Shown here: positions 38,538-53,500 of the stretch, piece by piece
How positions within the stretch are numbered: the stretch's first letter is position 1
Layout: every line of letters starts with the position of its first letter
Source: Lingula anatina
Lineage: Eukaryota; Animalia; Brachiopoda
Assembly: GCA_051362555.1 (NCBI GenBank)
Contig: CM120648.1
Location: forward strand, 18,720,587 to 18,784,586
Direction: 5' to 3'
Length of the DNA: 64,000 bases
Translations under genes and position numbers: made by a program
Notes under the pieces: model-generated
Seen by the model: only the letters and a program-made list of their open reading frames with translations
Database searches by the model: none
Told to the model about the DNA's origin: nothing

Positions 38538-41500
38538 ATTGGTGTGTGGGTTTGGCGGTGCTCTGTTCATTTATTTCCACAGGAAAATTATCCACTTTAT
38601 ACGAAAACAGAGGAAATTGTCCTCCTTTCTCCAGAAGAAGTAAGTACCAGTTACAGCAGGAGTCATCCACTGTATGTGACTTACAAGAGAGTAATTATAT
38701 GACGGTGTATAGTACAAGTAAGTAGCAGTTACAACAGGAGTCATCCACTGTATGTGACTTACAAGAGAGTAATTATATGACGGTGTATAGTACAAGTAAG
38801 TAGCAGTTACAACAGGAGTCATCCACTGTATGTGACTTACAAGAGAGTAATTATATGACGGTGTATAGTACAAGTAAGTAGCAGTTACAACAGGAGTCAT
38901 CCACTGTATGTGACTTACAAGAGAGTAATTATATGACGGTGCAACTGATTTGCACATGTATGTCACATACAGTAGACCACAAGTGGTTGTATAGCTGCTT
39001 CAAGCTTTTATAGGATGATTACACTTGTATTTCGCTTACAACACAGTGAAGCATGTTAATATAGATGAGCGAGCAATTATCCCATTGTTGCTAACAGTAA
39101 ATGTTTTTATGATTGTTATCACATAAGGAAATGTTTGGGATAATTATGTGAAAAGGACATAATGAAGATACCTTTTATTAGCATTCAGTTTATTCCCATT
39201 TTTTGTGTGATATAATGTGTAGTAAATATAACATGTTTTATTTATTTCAGTTGATTCATCTATCCAACTGTGATAACATTTTATGTGTAGATATAATGTG
39301 TAGTAAATATGATGTGTTTTATTTATTTCAGTTGATTCATCTATCCAACTGTGATAACATTTTATGTGTAGATATAATGTGTAGTAAATATAACATGTTT
39401 TATTTATTTCAGTTGATTCATCTATCCAACTGTGATAACATTTTATGTGTAGATATAATGTGTAGTAAATATAACATGTTTTATTTATTTCAGTTGATTC
39501 ATCTATCCAACTGTGATAACATTTTATGTGTAGATATAATGTGTAGTAAATATAACATGTTTTATTTATTTCAGTTGATTCATCTATCCAACTGTGATAA
39601 CATTTTATGTGTAGATATAATGTGTAGTAAATATGATGTGTTTTATTTATTTCAGTTGATTCATCTATCCAACTGTGATAACATTTTATGTGTAGATATA
39701 ATGTGTAGTAAATATGATGTGTTTTATTTATTTCAGTTGATTCATCTATCCAACTGTGATAACATTTTATGTGTAGATATAATGTGTAGTAAATATAACA
39801 TGTTTTATTTATTTCAGTTGATTCATCTATCCAACTGTGATAACATTTTATGTGTAGATATAATGTGTAGTAAATATGATGTGTTTTATTTATTTCAGTT
39901 GATTCATCTATCCAACTGTGATAACATTTTATGTGTAGATATAATGTGTAGTAAATATGATGTGTTTTATTTATTTCAGTTGATTCATCTATCCAACTGT
40001 GATAACATTTTATGTGTAGATATAATGTGTAGTAAATATGATGTGTTTTATTTATTTCAGTTGATTCATCTATCCAACTGTGATAACATTTTATGTGTAG
40101 ATATAATGTGTAGTAAATATGACGTGTTTTATTTATTTCAGTTGATTCATCTATCCAACTGTGATAACATTTTATGTGTGATATAATGTGTAGTAAATAT
40201 AACATGTTTTATTTATTTCAGTTGATTCATCTATCCAACTGTGATAACATTTTTGATATCCACTCTATCCTTCCCCCTGGGGCTGGGGCAGTATACAGCT
40301 GGAATGGTAGGTATCATGGGGGGTGGGGGTGTTATCCTTTCCTCTGGGGTTTGGGCAGTATACAGCTGGAATGGTACGTATCATGGGGGTGGGGGTGTTA
40401 TCCTTTCCTCTGGGGCTGGGGCAGTATACAGCTGGAATGGTATGTTTTCTAGAAACATTTTTCACAAGACTAGGAAGCAAATATATGATTAGTTTGTCCG
40501 ATTTACCAACACAACTTACCAAACACCTCTTTCCTGCATTAGTAATAGATACATCAAAATGTACAGAGATTATACTGCTGTGGGCATAAGTCACTTTCCA
40601 CAACTCATGACAGTCCATCTGTCCTTTCAGTTCTCATGGAGAAATTTAATGTACTTTCAGTTAACTCACCGAGAAGCTGTGAATGAGTTGTTTAGTAACT
40701 TCACATGGTCCACGAGGGAAGCAGAGAACTTAGATCTGGACCAACTAGAGGTTCTCAGTCACTGGAATCACCCGGACACCAGCGTCTACGTCACACTGAC
40801 TTTGTTTATTATTATACAGGTGAGATTTACTCTTTGTATGAGAAGACCAAATATCAACCCCAGTCTAATTGTATGAAGATTTTAAGAGTTGGCAATTTGA
40901 AAATATGTCAGTTATAACCTAACTTTAAAATATGCCATGTGTCTCTGTAATACTTAAATTTTTTGGTATATATAAATAATTTTGAATGGTTGTGCACTGA
41001 TTTCAGTTGTATAGAGTGATCTCACACAAACAGTTTATTTATAATAATAATGCATTACATTTGTTTCTAGTTTATGTGATCTTTCAGGTTCAGTAAGGTG
41101 CAGTGTAATAATGGAGTGTTGTATAGAGTGATCTCACACAAACAGTTTACTTATAATAATAATGTATTACATTTGTTTCTAGTTTATGTGATCTTTCAGG
41201 TTCAGTAAGGTACAGTGTAATAATGGAATGTTGTACAGAGTGATCTCACACAAACAGTTTACTTATAATAATAATGGATTACATTTGTTTCTAGTTTATG
41301 TGATCTTTCAGGTTCAGTAAGGTACAGTGTAATAATGGAGTGTTGTACAGAGTGATCTCACACAAACAGTTTACTTATAATAATAATGGATTACATTTGT
41401 TTTCAGTTTGTGTGATCTTTCAGGTTCATTAAGGTACAGTGTAATAATGGAATGTTGTATAGAGTGATCTCACACAAACAGTTAACTTGTAATAATAATG

Positions 41501-44500
41501 GATTACATTTGTTTCCAGTTTGTGACAGCTGCTTTGGCTGGTTCTCTCCCCATTCCTGCTGGAGTGTTCATTCCTGTCTTCACTATAGGTAAGTTGTGTC
41601 ATCATTTCACCACTTACTGTTGCCTTGTCAACTATTCCCCATGCTGCAGACTGCGCAATTACATATTAAAGGAAAGCTTTTTTAATAACATTTCATTTTG
41701 TTTTGTTGTGTTTGTTAAAATTGATAACATGACTGTTCAGCAGTAGGTATGAGCAGTTTGAGTTCAGGTACATTGATAATTCTTTATTCATTTGAATAAT
41801 TTTCATCATCCTTGGATAATCTACTAATTAATTATATATGGGTGGTGAATTTAAAAATGATGCAAATGAAAGAGAATTTTAATAATTATGCTGTTCCGTG
41901 AAAAGTTGAACTTGAAAAGCACTGACCTTGACCTACAGAAACCTGTCCACTCTGGTCTCACAGTGTCACACCTGAAGATCGTGACAGCTGTTGTTGTGGC
42001 TGAATGCCCATTTTCCTTCACTATGCTGCCATCTTCAGGTTAAAATTAGCTAAGAGAATGTTCTTAATTATTCCCAGGTGCTGCCTTTGGTCGTCTTGTA
42101 GGAGAGTGTTTGACGACGTGGTTCCCCAGTGGAGTGAGGATGGGGGATCAGGTGTCTCCTATAGTCCCTGGAGGATATGCTGTAGTAGGTAAGTGTATGA
42201 CTACATGATATCCCAGTGAAGTCAGGATGGGAGAGCAGGTGTCTCCTATAGTACCTGGAGGATATGCTGTAGTAGGTAAGTGTATGACTACATGGTATCC
42301 CAGTGAAGTCATGATGGGAGAGCTGGTGTCTCCTATAGTACCTGGAGGATATGCTGTAGTAGGTAAGTGTATGACTACATGGTATCCCAGTGAAGTCAGG
42401 ATGGGAGAGCAGGTGTCTCCTATAGTCCCTGGAGGATATGCTGTAGTAGTTAAGTGTATGACTACATGGTATCCCAGTGAAGTCAGGATGGGAGAGCTGG
42501 TGTCTCCTATAGTACCTGGAGGATATGCTGTAGTAGGTAAGTGTATGACTACATGGTATCCCAGTGAAGTCAGGATGGGAGAGCAGGTGTCTCCTATAGT
42601 ACCTGGAGGATATGCTGTAGTAGGTAATATCATGTAACTCAGCAGTACTCTCTACAAACCCATGATAGTAACTACAGGTATGAAAATTGATCACTTCAAT
42701 TATACTTGATCTAGTGTGTCAGGTATTTTAAATATTTGAAAAAAAAATGAAAATTATTATTCCAAAATGAGTTTTTCAGTACATTATTTATTAATAAGTC
42801 AGCTGTACATGTATCTTAATGCAGCAGCTATTGCTCTTTAAGCTGGCTGATATCGCATTGGAAAAAATGTCAGTAGTATGTTCCTTTCAATGTATTTTTG
42901 CTTACATAATCATAAAATATGCGTGTATCATTTGTGTAGGAGCTGCTGCTTTGGCAGGAAGTGTTACCCACACCATTTCCACCTCTGTGATAGTGTTTGA
43001 GCTGACGGGACAGATATCCCACATTCTACCTGCTGTGGTAAGACAACTGATTGTTTGATAAATGTGATAGTGGTTGAGCTAACGGGACAGATATCCCACA
43101 TTCTACCTGCTGTGGTAAGACAACTGATTGTTTGATAAATGTGATAGTGGTTGAGCTGACGGGACAGATATCCCACATTCTACCTGCTGTGGTAAGACAA
43201 CTGATTGTTTGATAAATGTGATAGCGTTTGAGCTGACGGGACAGATATCCCACATTCTACCTGCTGTGGTAAGACAACTGATTGTTTAATAAATGTGATA
43301 GCGTTTGAGCTGACGGGACAGATATCCCACATTCTACCTGCTGTGGTAAGACAACTGATTGTTTGATAAATGTGATAGTGGTTAAGCTAACGGGACAGAT
43401 ATCCCACATTCAACCTGCTGTGGTAAGACAACTGATTGTTTGATAAATGTGATAGTGTTTGAATTAATGGGACAGATATCCATATTCTATTAGCTGACAG
43501 CATTGTTGGTCTTTCTAAAATTCAAATATATTAAATAAATTTTATAAAACCAACACATATTTTTCATTATCTGTATATCATTTGTATACTCCAGATAGCA
43601 GTGTTGATAGCCAATGCAGTCGCCCACAGCCTTCAGCCGTCCATTTATGACAGCATCATCCAGATAAAGAGGCTACCTTACCTGCCTGATATTATCCCCA
43701 CCAAGTCCAGGTAATAAGTGATATAATCCCCACCAAGTCCAGGTAATGTGTGATATCATCCCCACCAAGTCCAGGTAATATGTGATATCATCCCCACCAA
43801 GTCCAGGTAATAAGTGATATCATCCCCACCAAGTGCAGGAAATATGTGATATCATCCCCACCAAGTCCAGGTAATAAGTGATATCATCCCCACCAAGTCC
43901 AGGTAATATGTGATATCATCCCCACCAAGTCCAGGTAATATGTCATATCATCCCCACCATGTCCAGGTAATATGTGATATCATCCCCACCAAGTCTAGGT
44001 AATATGTGATATCATCCCCTCCAAGTCCAGGTAATATGTGATATCATCCCCACCAAGTCCAGGTAATGTGTGATATCATCTCCACCAAGTCCAGGTAATA
44101 TGTGATATCATCCCCACCAAGTCCAGGTAATATGTGATATCACCCCTACTAAGACAAGGTAATATGCGATATCACCCCCACCAAGTCCAGGTAATATGTG
44201 ATATCATCCCCACCAAGTCTAGGTAATATGTGATATCATCCCTACTAAGTCAAGGTAATATGTGATATCATCCCCACCAAGTCTAGGTAATATGTGATAT
44301 CACCCCCACCAAGTCTAGGTAATATGTGATATCATCCCTACTAAGTCCAGGTAATATGTCATATCATCCCTACCAAGTCCAGGTAATATGTCATATCATC
44401 CCTACCAAGTCTAGGTAATATGTGACATCATCCCTACCAAGTCCAGGTAATATGTGACATCATCCCTACCAAGTCCAGGTAATATGTGACATCATCCCTA

Positions 44501-47500
44501 CCAAGTCCAGGTAATATGTGACATCATCCCTACCAAGTCCAGGTAATATGTGATATCATCCCCACCAAGTCTAGGTAATATGTGATATCACCCCCACCAA
44601 GTCTAGGTAATATGTGATATCATCCCTACTAAGTCCAGGTAATATGTCATATCATCCCTACCAAGTCCAGGGATGGAACCATGGTTCGTGGAAGCAGTGT
44701 TGAACCAGTCAGATTTTTAAAAATCAAAATATATGTGTGAAAACTCCTCCTCTAACCCTTATTTTGTCCTGTCTGTTATACCTTGAACATAGCACTGGCA
44801 TATCAGGACCTCTGTGAGATTCCAAGACATGGGATTTATTAACTGAACATTGTACACTGTTCTGTAGTCTTCTTACTTAGTGTTATATTCCAGTATGTCA
44901 GTTTTACATGATATTATCAGGTTTGAAAGCATCTTTCCTCTGATATTCCGATAAACTTTTTCACCAAACAGTTTATAACAGTTATATATGAGACATTTAT
45001 TTTTAGTATTTAGACCACTAACATATTGTTATATGTATACAATATAATGATATGCCATTCAGAAGACAATCATATCCATTATGTTGTGTATATTTCCAGA
45101 GTCCATGATTCTCCTTGGGTCTGTACAGAGACTGGAGCTGGAACTGCTACTGGAGGCTCAGCTTGGACGACAGCGCCGCCTGGCAGCAGTGGAAGAAACA
45201 TTACATAAACGGCAACAGGAAGAGGAGGAGAGGAAGAGAGCCAAGGAACAACTGGAGAAGAGGACGTCCCAAGGCGATACCGAGGGGACGCGACCAATGG
45301 CAGCCTGCAGTGGAGATATGTTGAACGCTGTGAAGGTCCACCGCCAGCCATCGGCCAGGTTTACGGTGACCCCTGCAGCCAGCAAGGTGGACAGTGGTGG
45401 ACAGGTCCAGTTGAAGCTGGACTCCACGGTAAACAGTGTGTGTGTTTGTGGATTTGAATGATAATCATAGGGACCATTCCACAGATGTTTGGAGCAATCT
45501 ATCTCCCAGGGGAGCCTCACTAAATTACTATCAACTTAACCGGCTTTAGTGTCTTTCAGGCCTAGTAAAGCTGTTAGGGGGTAATTATCTTTACCCCCTA
45601 GCTTATTTGGTGGCTGTGACAGACATTTAAGCCAGTTATTTTAAAGCAATTTATTGAGACTTCCCAGGGAGTTAGACCAATCCAGATGGATCGATCTAGG
45701 CATGAGAACCCAGTCTTAATCTTTTTTAGTTGTGATAAGGCCACACTTTTTTATTTTTATGGATGACATCCTGCGCGCGCACCGATTTTCGTCCGTTCTC
45801 CAAAAAAAAAAAAAAAAAAAAAAAATCCCCCCCTCCCCCCCCCCCCCCCCCCCCCCAATCGAAGTCGGTTGTCGCAAACGTCGTGATAGAATTTGCCGGA
45901 AAATGAGCTTTCTGCGCATGCGTATTACTGCCACGTGGAAATATGGCCGCTATGCCATCAAATTCATCTCTAGGATTACTTTCAAATTACAGGACAATTA
46001 ATTATATAAAGTCATAAAGAGAACGGGGCCGTCGTTTTGGATTGTTATGCCATTGATATTGGGCATGGAGATATCCACTTTTTTACAATTATGTGAAAGG
46101 CTGGCGGCGGCCAGCAATTATCGCCCGGAAAATTTCAGTGACATATTCCTGTCCAAAGCAGCACATACCAGGTTTTTTGTAGCGAAAAAAGGGTTGACAG
46201 GGCGTCGAGGTATTTGGTGGGCTGTAGGTCGGTCAGGCCACCCGACAATTTGGCTGCTTCGTGTGAGTCGAAGTAGACCAAATGGCATCGACCGAAATGA
46301 CCTTTTATAGATATGGTAGTAATAAGCATATCTTTGCATCGTTTTGTAACATTTCTGTGTAGTGTTCATAATGCTTTAATATTCTGAGAGTACAAATAAA
46401 GACATGCTGTTTGTTTGATATTTGTTTTATTGATTGTTATACCAACAAAATGCATGAAATAACCTTAAATAGATTGGGTAATATGCAGCATGTCTATCAG
46501 GCCCGTAGCCAGCAATTTCAAAAGGGGGGGTTCTTTTTTTGAAAAAGTGGACCATTTTCCATAAAAACTTAATGTATCTAGTTCAAATTTTACCCAGAGT
46601 GGACCTTTTCCCAGCAAAAGGGGTGGTTCTTTCGAACCCCCTGGCTACGGGCCCGTCTATTCATGACTTTTTTTTTACCTTTCTACGAAGCATTCACAAT
46701 GCTTTAATATTTTGAGAGCATGGATAAAGACATTTTGTTAGTTTGATACGTGTTTCTGTGGAAAATTTGGGTTTCCAGCTGTGTACTGACAGCATTCCTT
46801 TACTTAAGCAGCATTTTTTTTTTTGGGACTCTTTTTTTTTTTCGCCCTCTCGCACCGATTTCGGGGTCCCCAGAGGATGTCATCCATAAAAATAAAAAAG
46901 TGTGGCCTAATATATGTGAAATGATATTACTACATTATCTCTGCCATCATTCCAGCCACCAGAACATACAGCTAATGGAGACACGCTGAAACCACACAAG
47001 TACACCAAGGCACCACAGAGAGGGATATTAAAGAAGAGTCCCCGTCCCAGCCCCCGAGCTAGTCCCAGGGCCAGTCCTAAAGGAAGTCCTCAGTCTTCAC
47101 CTCGCTCTAGTCCACCAGGGTCTGCCAAGACAAGCCCAACACCCAGTCCACAGTTAGGTTAGTCAGCTCTGTGATACTACATTGTTCTCAGAGTAAACTT
47201 TTGATGGAACGCAGTCTTGTATATGTGTGTGTTATAAGTGTAGTTATTTTACCTAGGTAATTATGTATCATCCACCTAGCTACACCCCAACCATTAATAA
47301 TATATTATATAAGTAAAAAAAAATAAAAGCTGCAATAATATTGTTTTTGGTTTCAACACAGTACATACACCCTGATAGATAATATGGTTAATTTAAGGGC
47401 CAAAATTGTCTTGAAAATATTTAAATTCTCAATAAAATTACACTGCAGTTTCTCGAAAATAATAATGATAATAAATAAATAAATAAATAAAAATAAATTT

Positions 47501-50500
47501 AAAAAAAAATAAAGGGTATGGTGTATGTAATTTTGTATTGAGTAACGAAATTTGAATGATGTGAATAACCATTTAAAATGACTAAATTAGAGTATTGTGA
47601 TTATTAAGTAATCCTTCCATTAGATTACTTGATGCAGAGTGCTGATGCTGCAACATGAGGTTAAAAATTGCTCACATTTAAGAAGATAATTTTATCTCTC
47701 TATAACAGGTACCTATATAGTATATTCACCTTTAGGTTTATTTACCATCACACTATTGTTTTCCATGTACCTTTCTCTGTTTATTTTGATAATGAAGTTT
47801 AATTGATTTTGATTTTACAGAAAAGAAATTCAGCATAGGACTAGCAAAGATTTTCAAATCTCGAAGTAAAGAAAGTATCGCGGACAGTACGGCTTCTGAA
47901 GATGATGAAGCTCAGGTAACTATGGCAACAAACTGATAAACAGCATGGGATGTTTTAGTTTAATAGTCAATATTTACAGGGTTCTTTATTCTACTTATGA
48001 AGGATTAGCAGTGTGAGGACTCCATTATATCTACATTATATTATATTATATTATATATAGCATCGTGAGTATCATAAGAGTCATATATATCTATATCATA
48101 TTATATCTACATCATATTATATATATAGCATCGTGAGGGTAGTGGCTAAGTTTACATTTATCTATTTATCTGTGTTTAATGTTATATTTTATTTATTTAT
48201 ATCTTTTGCATGTGCTGTAAGTCTCTTCATACATGAAGTACCAGTTTGAAGTTAATAGTTAATACTTGAAGATATATAATATCTATATAGTAATAGAGTG
48301 ACCATGATGTAAGGTTTAAGAGTGTGATACTGATACGTGAAGGTCAACATACCTGTATCTACCCAGGCTTGTCAACTGTTTGCCCTCTGAGTCAGTACAA
48401 CAGTTAGTGTGTGGTATTACACCATTAAACTACCTGAAGGTCAACATACCTGTATCTACCCAGGCTTGTCAACATTTTGCCCTCTGAGCCAGTACAACAG
48501 TTAGTGTGTGGTATTACACCATTAAACTACCTGAAGGTCAACATACCTGTATCTACCCAGGCTTGTCAACTGTTTGCCCTCTGAGTCAGTACAACAGTTA
48601 GTGTGTGGTATTACACCATTAAACTGCCTGAAGGTCAACATACCTGTATCTACCCAGGCTTGTCAACTGTTTGAACTCTGAGTCATTACAGCAGTTAGTG
48701 TGTGGTATTACACCATTAAACTACCTGAAGGTCAACATACCTGTATCTACCCAGGCTTGTCAACTGTTTGCCCTCTGAGCCAGTACCGCAGTTAGTGGTA
48801 TTACACCCGTGCTAACAGCCAACTGCCGTATGCACTGTACACTTAGTGTTATATACAGCATATAGTTTCATTCTCATGGTCTGTCTGATTTGGTGAAATG
48901 TAGATATTAACTGTAAGTGAAATGGTCTGGGTATTATTTGAATGTCTGCTTTTATATTATATTTCACTATTGACAGGATTCCTCCCTATATGAGTTGGAC
49001 CCCGAGTCTGACAGGTTCTTACACAGGCGTGGCAAACATGCCCATGTAAAGCTGGTAAGAAGATGGCTGCTGCTTTACAAACCACGTTTTATTTGATCAT
49101 GTGACTTGTTATCTAGTCATGTGACCACAGCTTTTGACCACATGTTTTGCCATTGTTTCACAACTTTTGACTGCAGTGTGTAGGTGATTTAATTTTTGTA
49201 GCAGATTGCTGTGAGTGTGTTTTATCATAACCCATTTTTTGTTAGTAATTCCTAGCAAGACTGTTGGTTGCCGTTGTGTGGCTTGATTTTAGTTTTCTTA
49301 TATGGTAAAATTTTCAGAGCTGTCCTTGTGTCTGTAAGTATAGCTTGATGATTGCAGTTGTCAAAGAGTGAAGATTTTAATTTATTTTCTGTTTGGTTTT
49401 TGCTAAGAATACTATCTGAATGCTGTTATTTTGCTGTGATCATTTTTGAGGATGAGACAGAAAGGCATGACTACAGGTAATGTTGTTATAGATAGACTTA
49501 GGAAACTATAGAGAAATACACCTTTACTGCTGATTGAAAAGAACAGAACCCAATTGTCAAAATGTAATGAAAAGTAGATTCTAATCATTTTGTAACGGTT
49601 TTCTAACAAAAACAGCATCTGCACCAAAAGCTGCTTCTGTTTTGATATTTTTTCTGCTTGCAGTGAAAACCAATATGTTTTGTCTACAAAATCATTTTCA
49701 TTTGGATTGAAACATATATTCTTGAGACCCTGACTGCTTGGATTGATATAAAGTTTTATTTTATAAAAAATTGTATTATTATTTTCTTTCTTGTCATCAA
49801 TTAATAGTCTTCACATCCAAAAGAACTTCATAGCAACCAAGATGAGACACTATAAAACCTGGACTGGTTTTCTAACTGTTCATGTAGTTCAAACCCCATA
49901 AATGTGTCTGGCATATTTAATAAACGACACATGCAGATATCAAAGAATCGTCAAAAGTTGGAGCACATTTACTCTCCCTAAAGGTTGCCGCCTTAGTGCA
50001 GAGTATCAATTTGTGAAATTATCCTCTCTTGTTGTTCACTGGCTGTGGTAATTGAGTTGTGTTATCATGTAAACTGTTATGAGGGGAATTATGCAATGGC
50101 TGCTGCCCAGAAACCTATTAAATATATAGATAAACACTGATTTATAACATTCTCAACAGATGATATTGTGCAAACAATTCTGTTGGGAAGTATAAATTGG
50201 CATATGAACAAAAACCAGTTGAAAATCAAGATGAACATGCACTGATATTGACAGGGGTCAGCTGCTCTCTGCTTTCTCTGTGCACCAGCTTATAATTACT
50301 AGTTGTACATATTTGGGGAAGTTCCTTAACTGACTGCCACTCCCCCCCCCCCCCCCCCCCCACCACTCCTTCACAATGGTGATCTTCATCTGAAATCTAC
50401 TAATGAGACTATCATGTTTCTTACTACTATCTATACTTTCCTGTGTACATCATTAATACCTTGCATGTTGAGGCCTGGTGGCCTAAAATATCTTATGATT

Positions 50501-53500
50501 TATGGTGGTTCATCCATTGGCATGCTTTAATAATATGTCTTTATGTTTACTAACACCTTTATTATTTGATTTCAGTTGTCAAGAAATACCCTTCCTCCTT
50601 ACATTCTCTTTAAATTTTATAGTACAGGGATGGGAGCATCCTCCTTCAAATTTTGAATTACAGGGATGGAAATTTCCCAAGGTTTTAGCAGAAAAGACAA
50701 CTACATTTTGTTAGAAATGCTACAAGAGTAGGAGACGTCAGTGTTGAAAAGTAGGTGCAGGTTCCTTTCTCTCCAAACATTGTTTGTTCCCATCCCTGTA
50801 CATGATATGTAGCAGTTAAAACACCATTAAACCAGCACTTTGATGTGCAGCATATTTAAGACACCATTCCCAGAGCCTATCACACTAACTTTGGATCGGT
50901 CCAGGGGGATTCCCACTAAATTGCTATCAAATTAAGCAGCTTAGATGTCTCGCACACCCACTGATGCTGTCAGGGGGTAATTAACTCATTAAGCAGCTTA
51001 AGTAGGTGTGCCAGACATCTAAGCTGCTTAAACTGAAAGCAATTTAGGGAGAAAAACCCTTGGAGATAGTTCAATCTTCTAAGATCGATCTAGGCATGGT
51101 AACCCAGTCTTATACCTTATTAGTCAACTCTGTTATGTGCATGTGCAGCATATTTAATATCCTATCAGTCAACAATGTACCTTGTACCTTGATAGCATGT
51201 GCATGATATCCATACCCTTATATTTGCAGATCACATTATTGTCAAATACACAATTTTCCAAATATATATTTTAAAGCAAGGCTTCAAGTGATGGATTGTC
51301 ATATGCACATATTTATTGTTGATGTTTAAGGAGGCCCAGTATGTAGAACATTATTATTAACAGTGGATTTCTATTAATATTGGGTTGAAAGTTACATTGC
51401 ACTTGCTGTTTCTTAGATAGTTTAATTTGCAGTCAACAATTTTAGGTATTACACTCTCATAGATGTAATCAACATTGATACAACTTATCTGTTCGCCAGA
51501 ATTTTTTTTCTCAAGAAGTTAGGTTTCTTGGCTACTGAAATGAGAGTGTAAACCAAGTATTTGTTGTCATGGTAATTCTTTCTGTTGCATGTTTTTCTTC
51601 ATTTTCCTTTCCCTGCATTTTCTCCACTAGAGGTCTCTTCTAGACGATTTCCCCGAGCAATATACTGACTCTGTGCGAAGTGGCAAAAGTGTTCAATTTA
51701 ATGTCATGGACTTACAAGAGGTAAGTTTAATGTCATGGGTTTACTAGAGAAAATGTTAAAGTGATGAACATGCAGGTGAGTCCTGAACCATGCTTTCATA
51801 AACAAAATAAACAGAGGCTGGCAGATCTGCTGCACTGTGGAAATTATACTTTTGAAATACTGCCACTACCCATGTCAGTAATTATCAGTGATGTTTTTAA
51901 AAGTAATAAATATTGTTATGTGTCAGTTACTGCATCCCAGAGCTAATAATATGATATCATGGAGGATACTGGGGTCTAGTCAGGGTCAGGGGGAGATCAG
52001 AGGTGAAGTGAAGGTCAGGGCAAGGTCAGAGGTGAAGTAAAGGTCAGGGAGAGGTGAGAGGTAAAGGTCAAGAAATTGTCATTTGTCCATCACAAGATCA
52101 GTCTTGGGTCAAGAGACCCAGAAATGTGCCAAATGAAGTTATATTGAAACAGTCATTTGACAACTGGGATGTAAAGCAGTTGTTTCTTTATGTATAATAT
52201 TATTTATTAATTATGATTTTATCGATATGAATATTATTTCTTTAATTTTTTGGAATTTTATAGGCTTACCAAATATTTCATAGTTGAAGGCTAATTTTAA
52301 GGTTGCTTTTTAGAAGTGACTTAGTAGACATGCTTTTCTTGCTAGTTTATACATGTATATATTTTAGATGTCTAGCTTTCCTATGGAATATTGTATCACT
52401 TGTGGTGATACTCTAGTAGTATTTACTGTTATACCCCAGACACTGGTTAAGGGGTGTATAGACTACAGGTTGGCTGTCTGTTAAGTTTGTTCATTAAAAT
52501 TGCTTGACTTGGTGAAAACATCACATAACAGGTCAGCAGATTGTATAACTGAAAATTTTCAGACTTTTTTAAGATGAAGAAAAGGTAAATGATGTTAGTG
52601 AATTTTATGGATATTTCTTTGTATTACGGTAAGTTGATTTCAGGAATGCATCTAGTAAGGTGTGATGTGTGGTATATTTGATCTGTTTATCATGTGTGTG
52701 TTGTGTTTAGAATTTATTTTGTCATGATTGTAGAACTTGCAGTGATGAGAGCCTTAGTGTCTTCACTAGAACAGCTTGCAGTGAACTGACACATGGTTAT
52801 ATACTATATAGACTTCAGAGAGTATCTAGAACCAGTTTCAGAAAATGACTTAAAAGTTTGCTTTTCTTTAAAGTCTATATTGCATTCAACATAAATTCTG
52901 AATTAAAGACAAGACTTTAAACTTAGCTGAAATCGCCCTACCTGATTATCAATAGAATGTTATTTTAAAACCCGATATTTTATTTGAAAGGTATAGGTGA
53001 TGAGATCAATAACCTTTATAAAGATGTTGCGTAGTTTATTTGTATTAAAATAGCACATTTCTATACTTCAAAAATAAACTGATTTCAAAAAGTTGTCATT
53101 CTGTCATTGGATTATTTCTCTTCATTTGCAAGCCTCCACAGAGAGTGATAGATTAAAGTGAAAAAGAGGTAAAGTACCAGTAGCATGATGTGTGCTGTGT
53201 TCATTTATAAACTGACATCAGAGAAGACTTACATCCGCTGTGTTATGTTAGAACAATTAAGTAATTTTTCTTCAATCAACAGCTAGGGGAGACCGGGGCT
53301 AGTTGGACCCCGGGGTAAGTTGGCCCCCCATCAAGTCTCTTTAATCAAGTTACTTTAAGATGCTAAATTATTTCATTTGGACTCCCTGCCAACGCTTTCT
53401 TAGCACTATTGGATGCGGTCACTTTACGTGATAGATACAATACGAGTCGCCGAGCTGTACGTGAAATATTACGAGTGTATTGGCGAGCCGCAGGCGAGAC

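Noticed and set aside
39144-40205. 353-aa and 327-aa repetitive ORFs on both strands
   Set aside because: By-products of an 81-bp (3n) intronic array; not the CLC-2 frame and no domain.
43687-44670. 32-bp repeats resembling a CRISPR array
   Set aside because: Head-to-tail units with no unique spacers, no cas genes, and derived from an exon end in a eukaryotic gene.
44793-44835. AG|CACTGGCATATCAGG (HWHIR) as the missing CBS1 exon
   Set aside because: Wrong phase for the upstream donor, no VEDIM-like motif, and it stops quickly.
48338-48807. 97-bp array as another splice-site array
   Set aside because: It lies mid-intron, ~170 bp from the next exon, with no exon-derived sequence recognised. 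It shows that not all arrays here are boundary-anchored.
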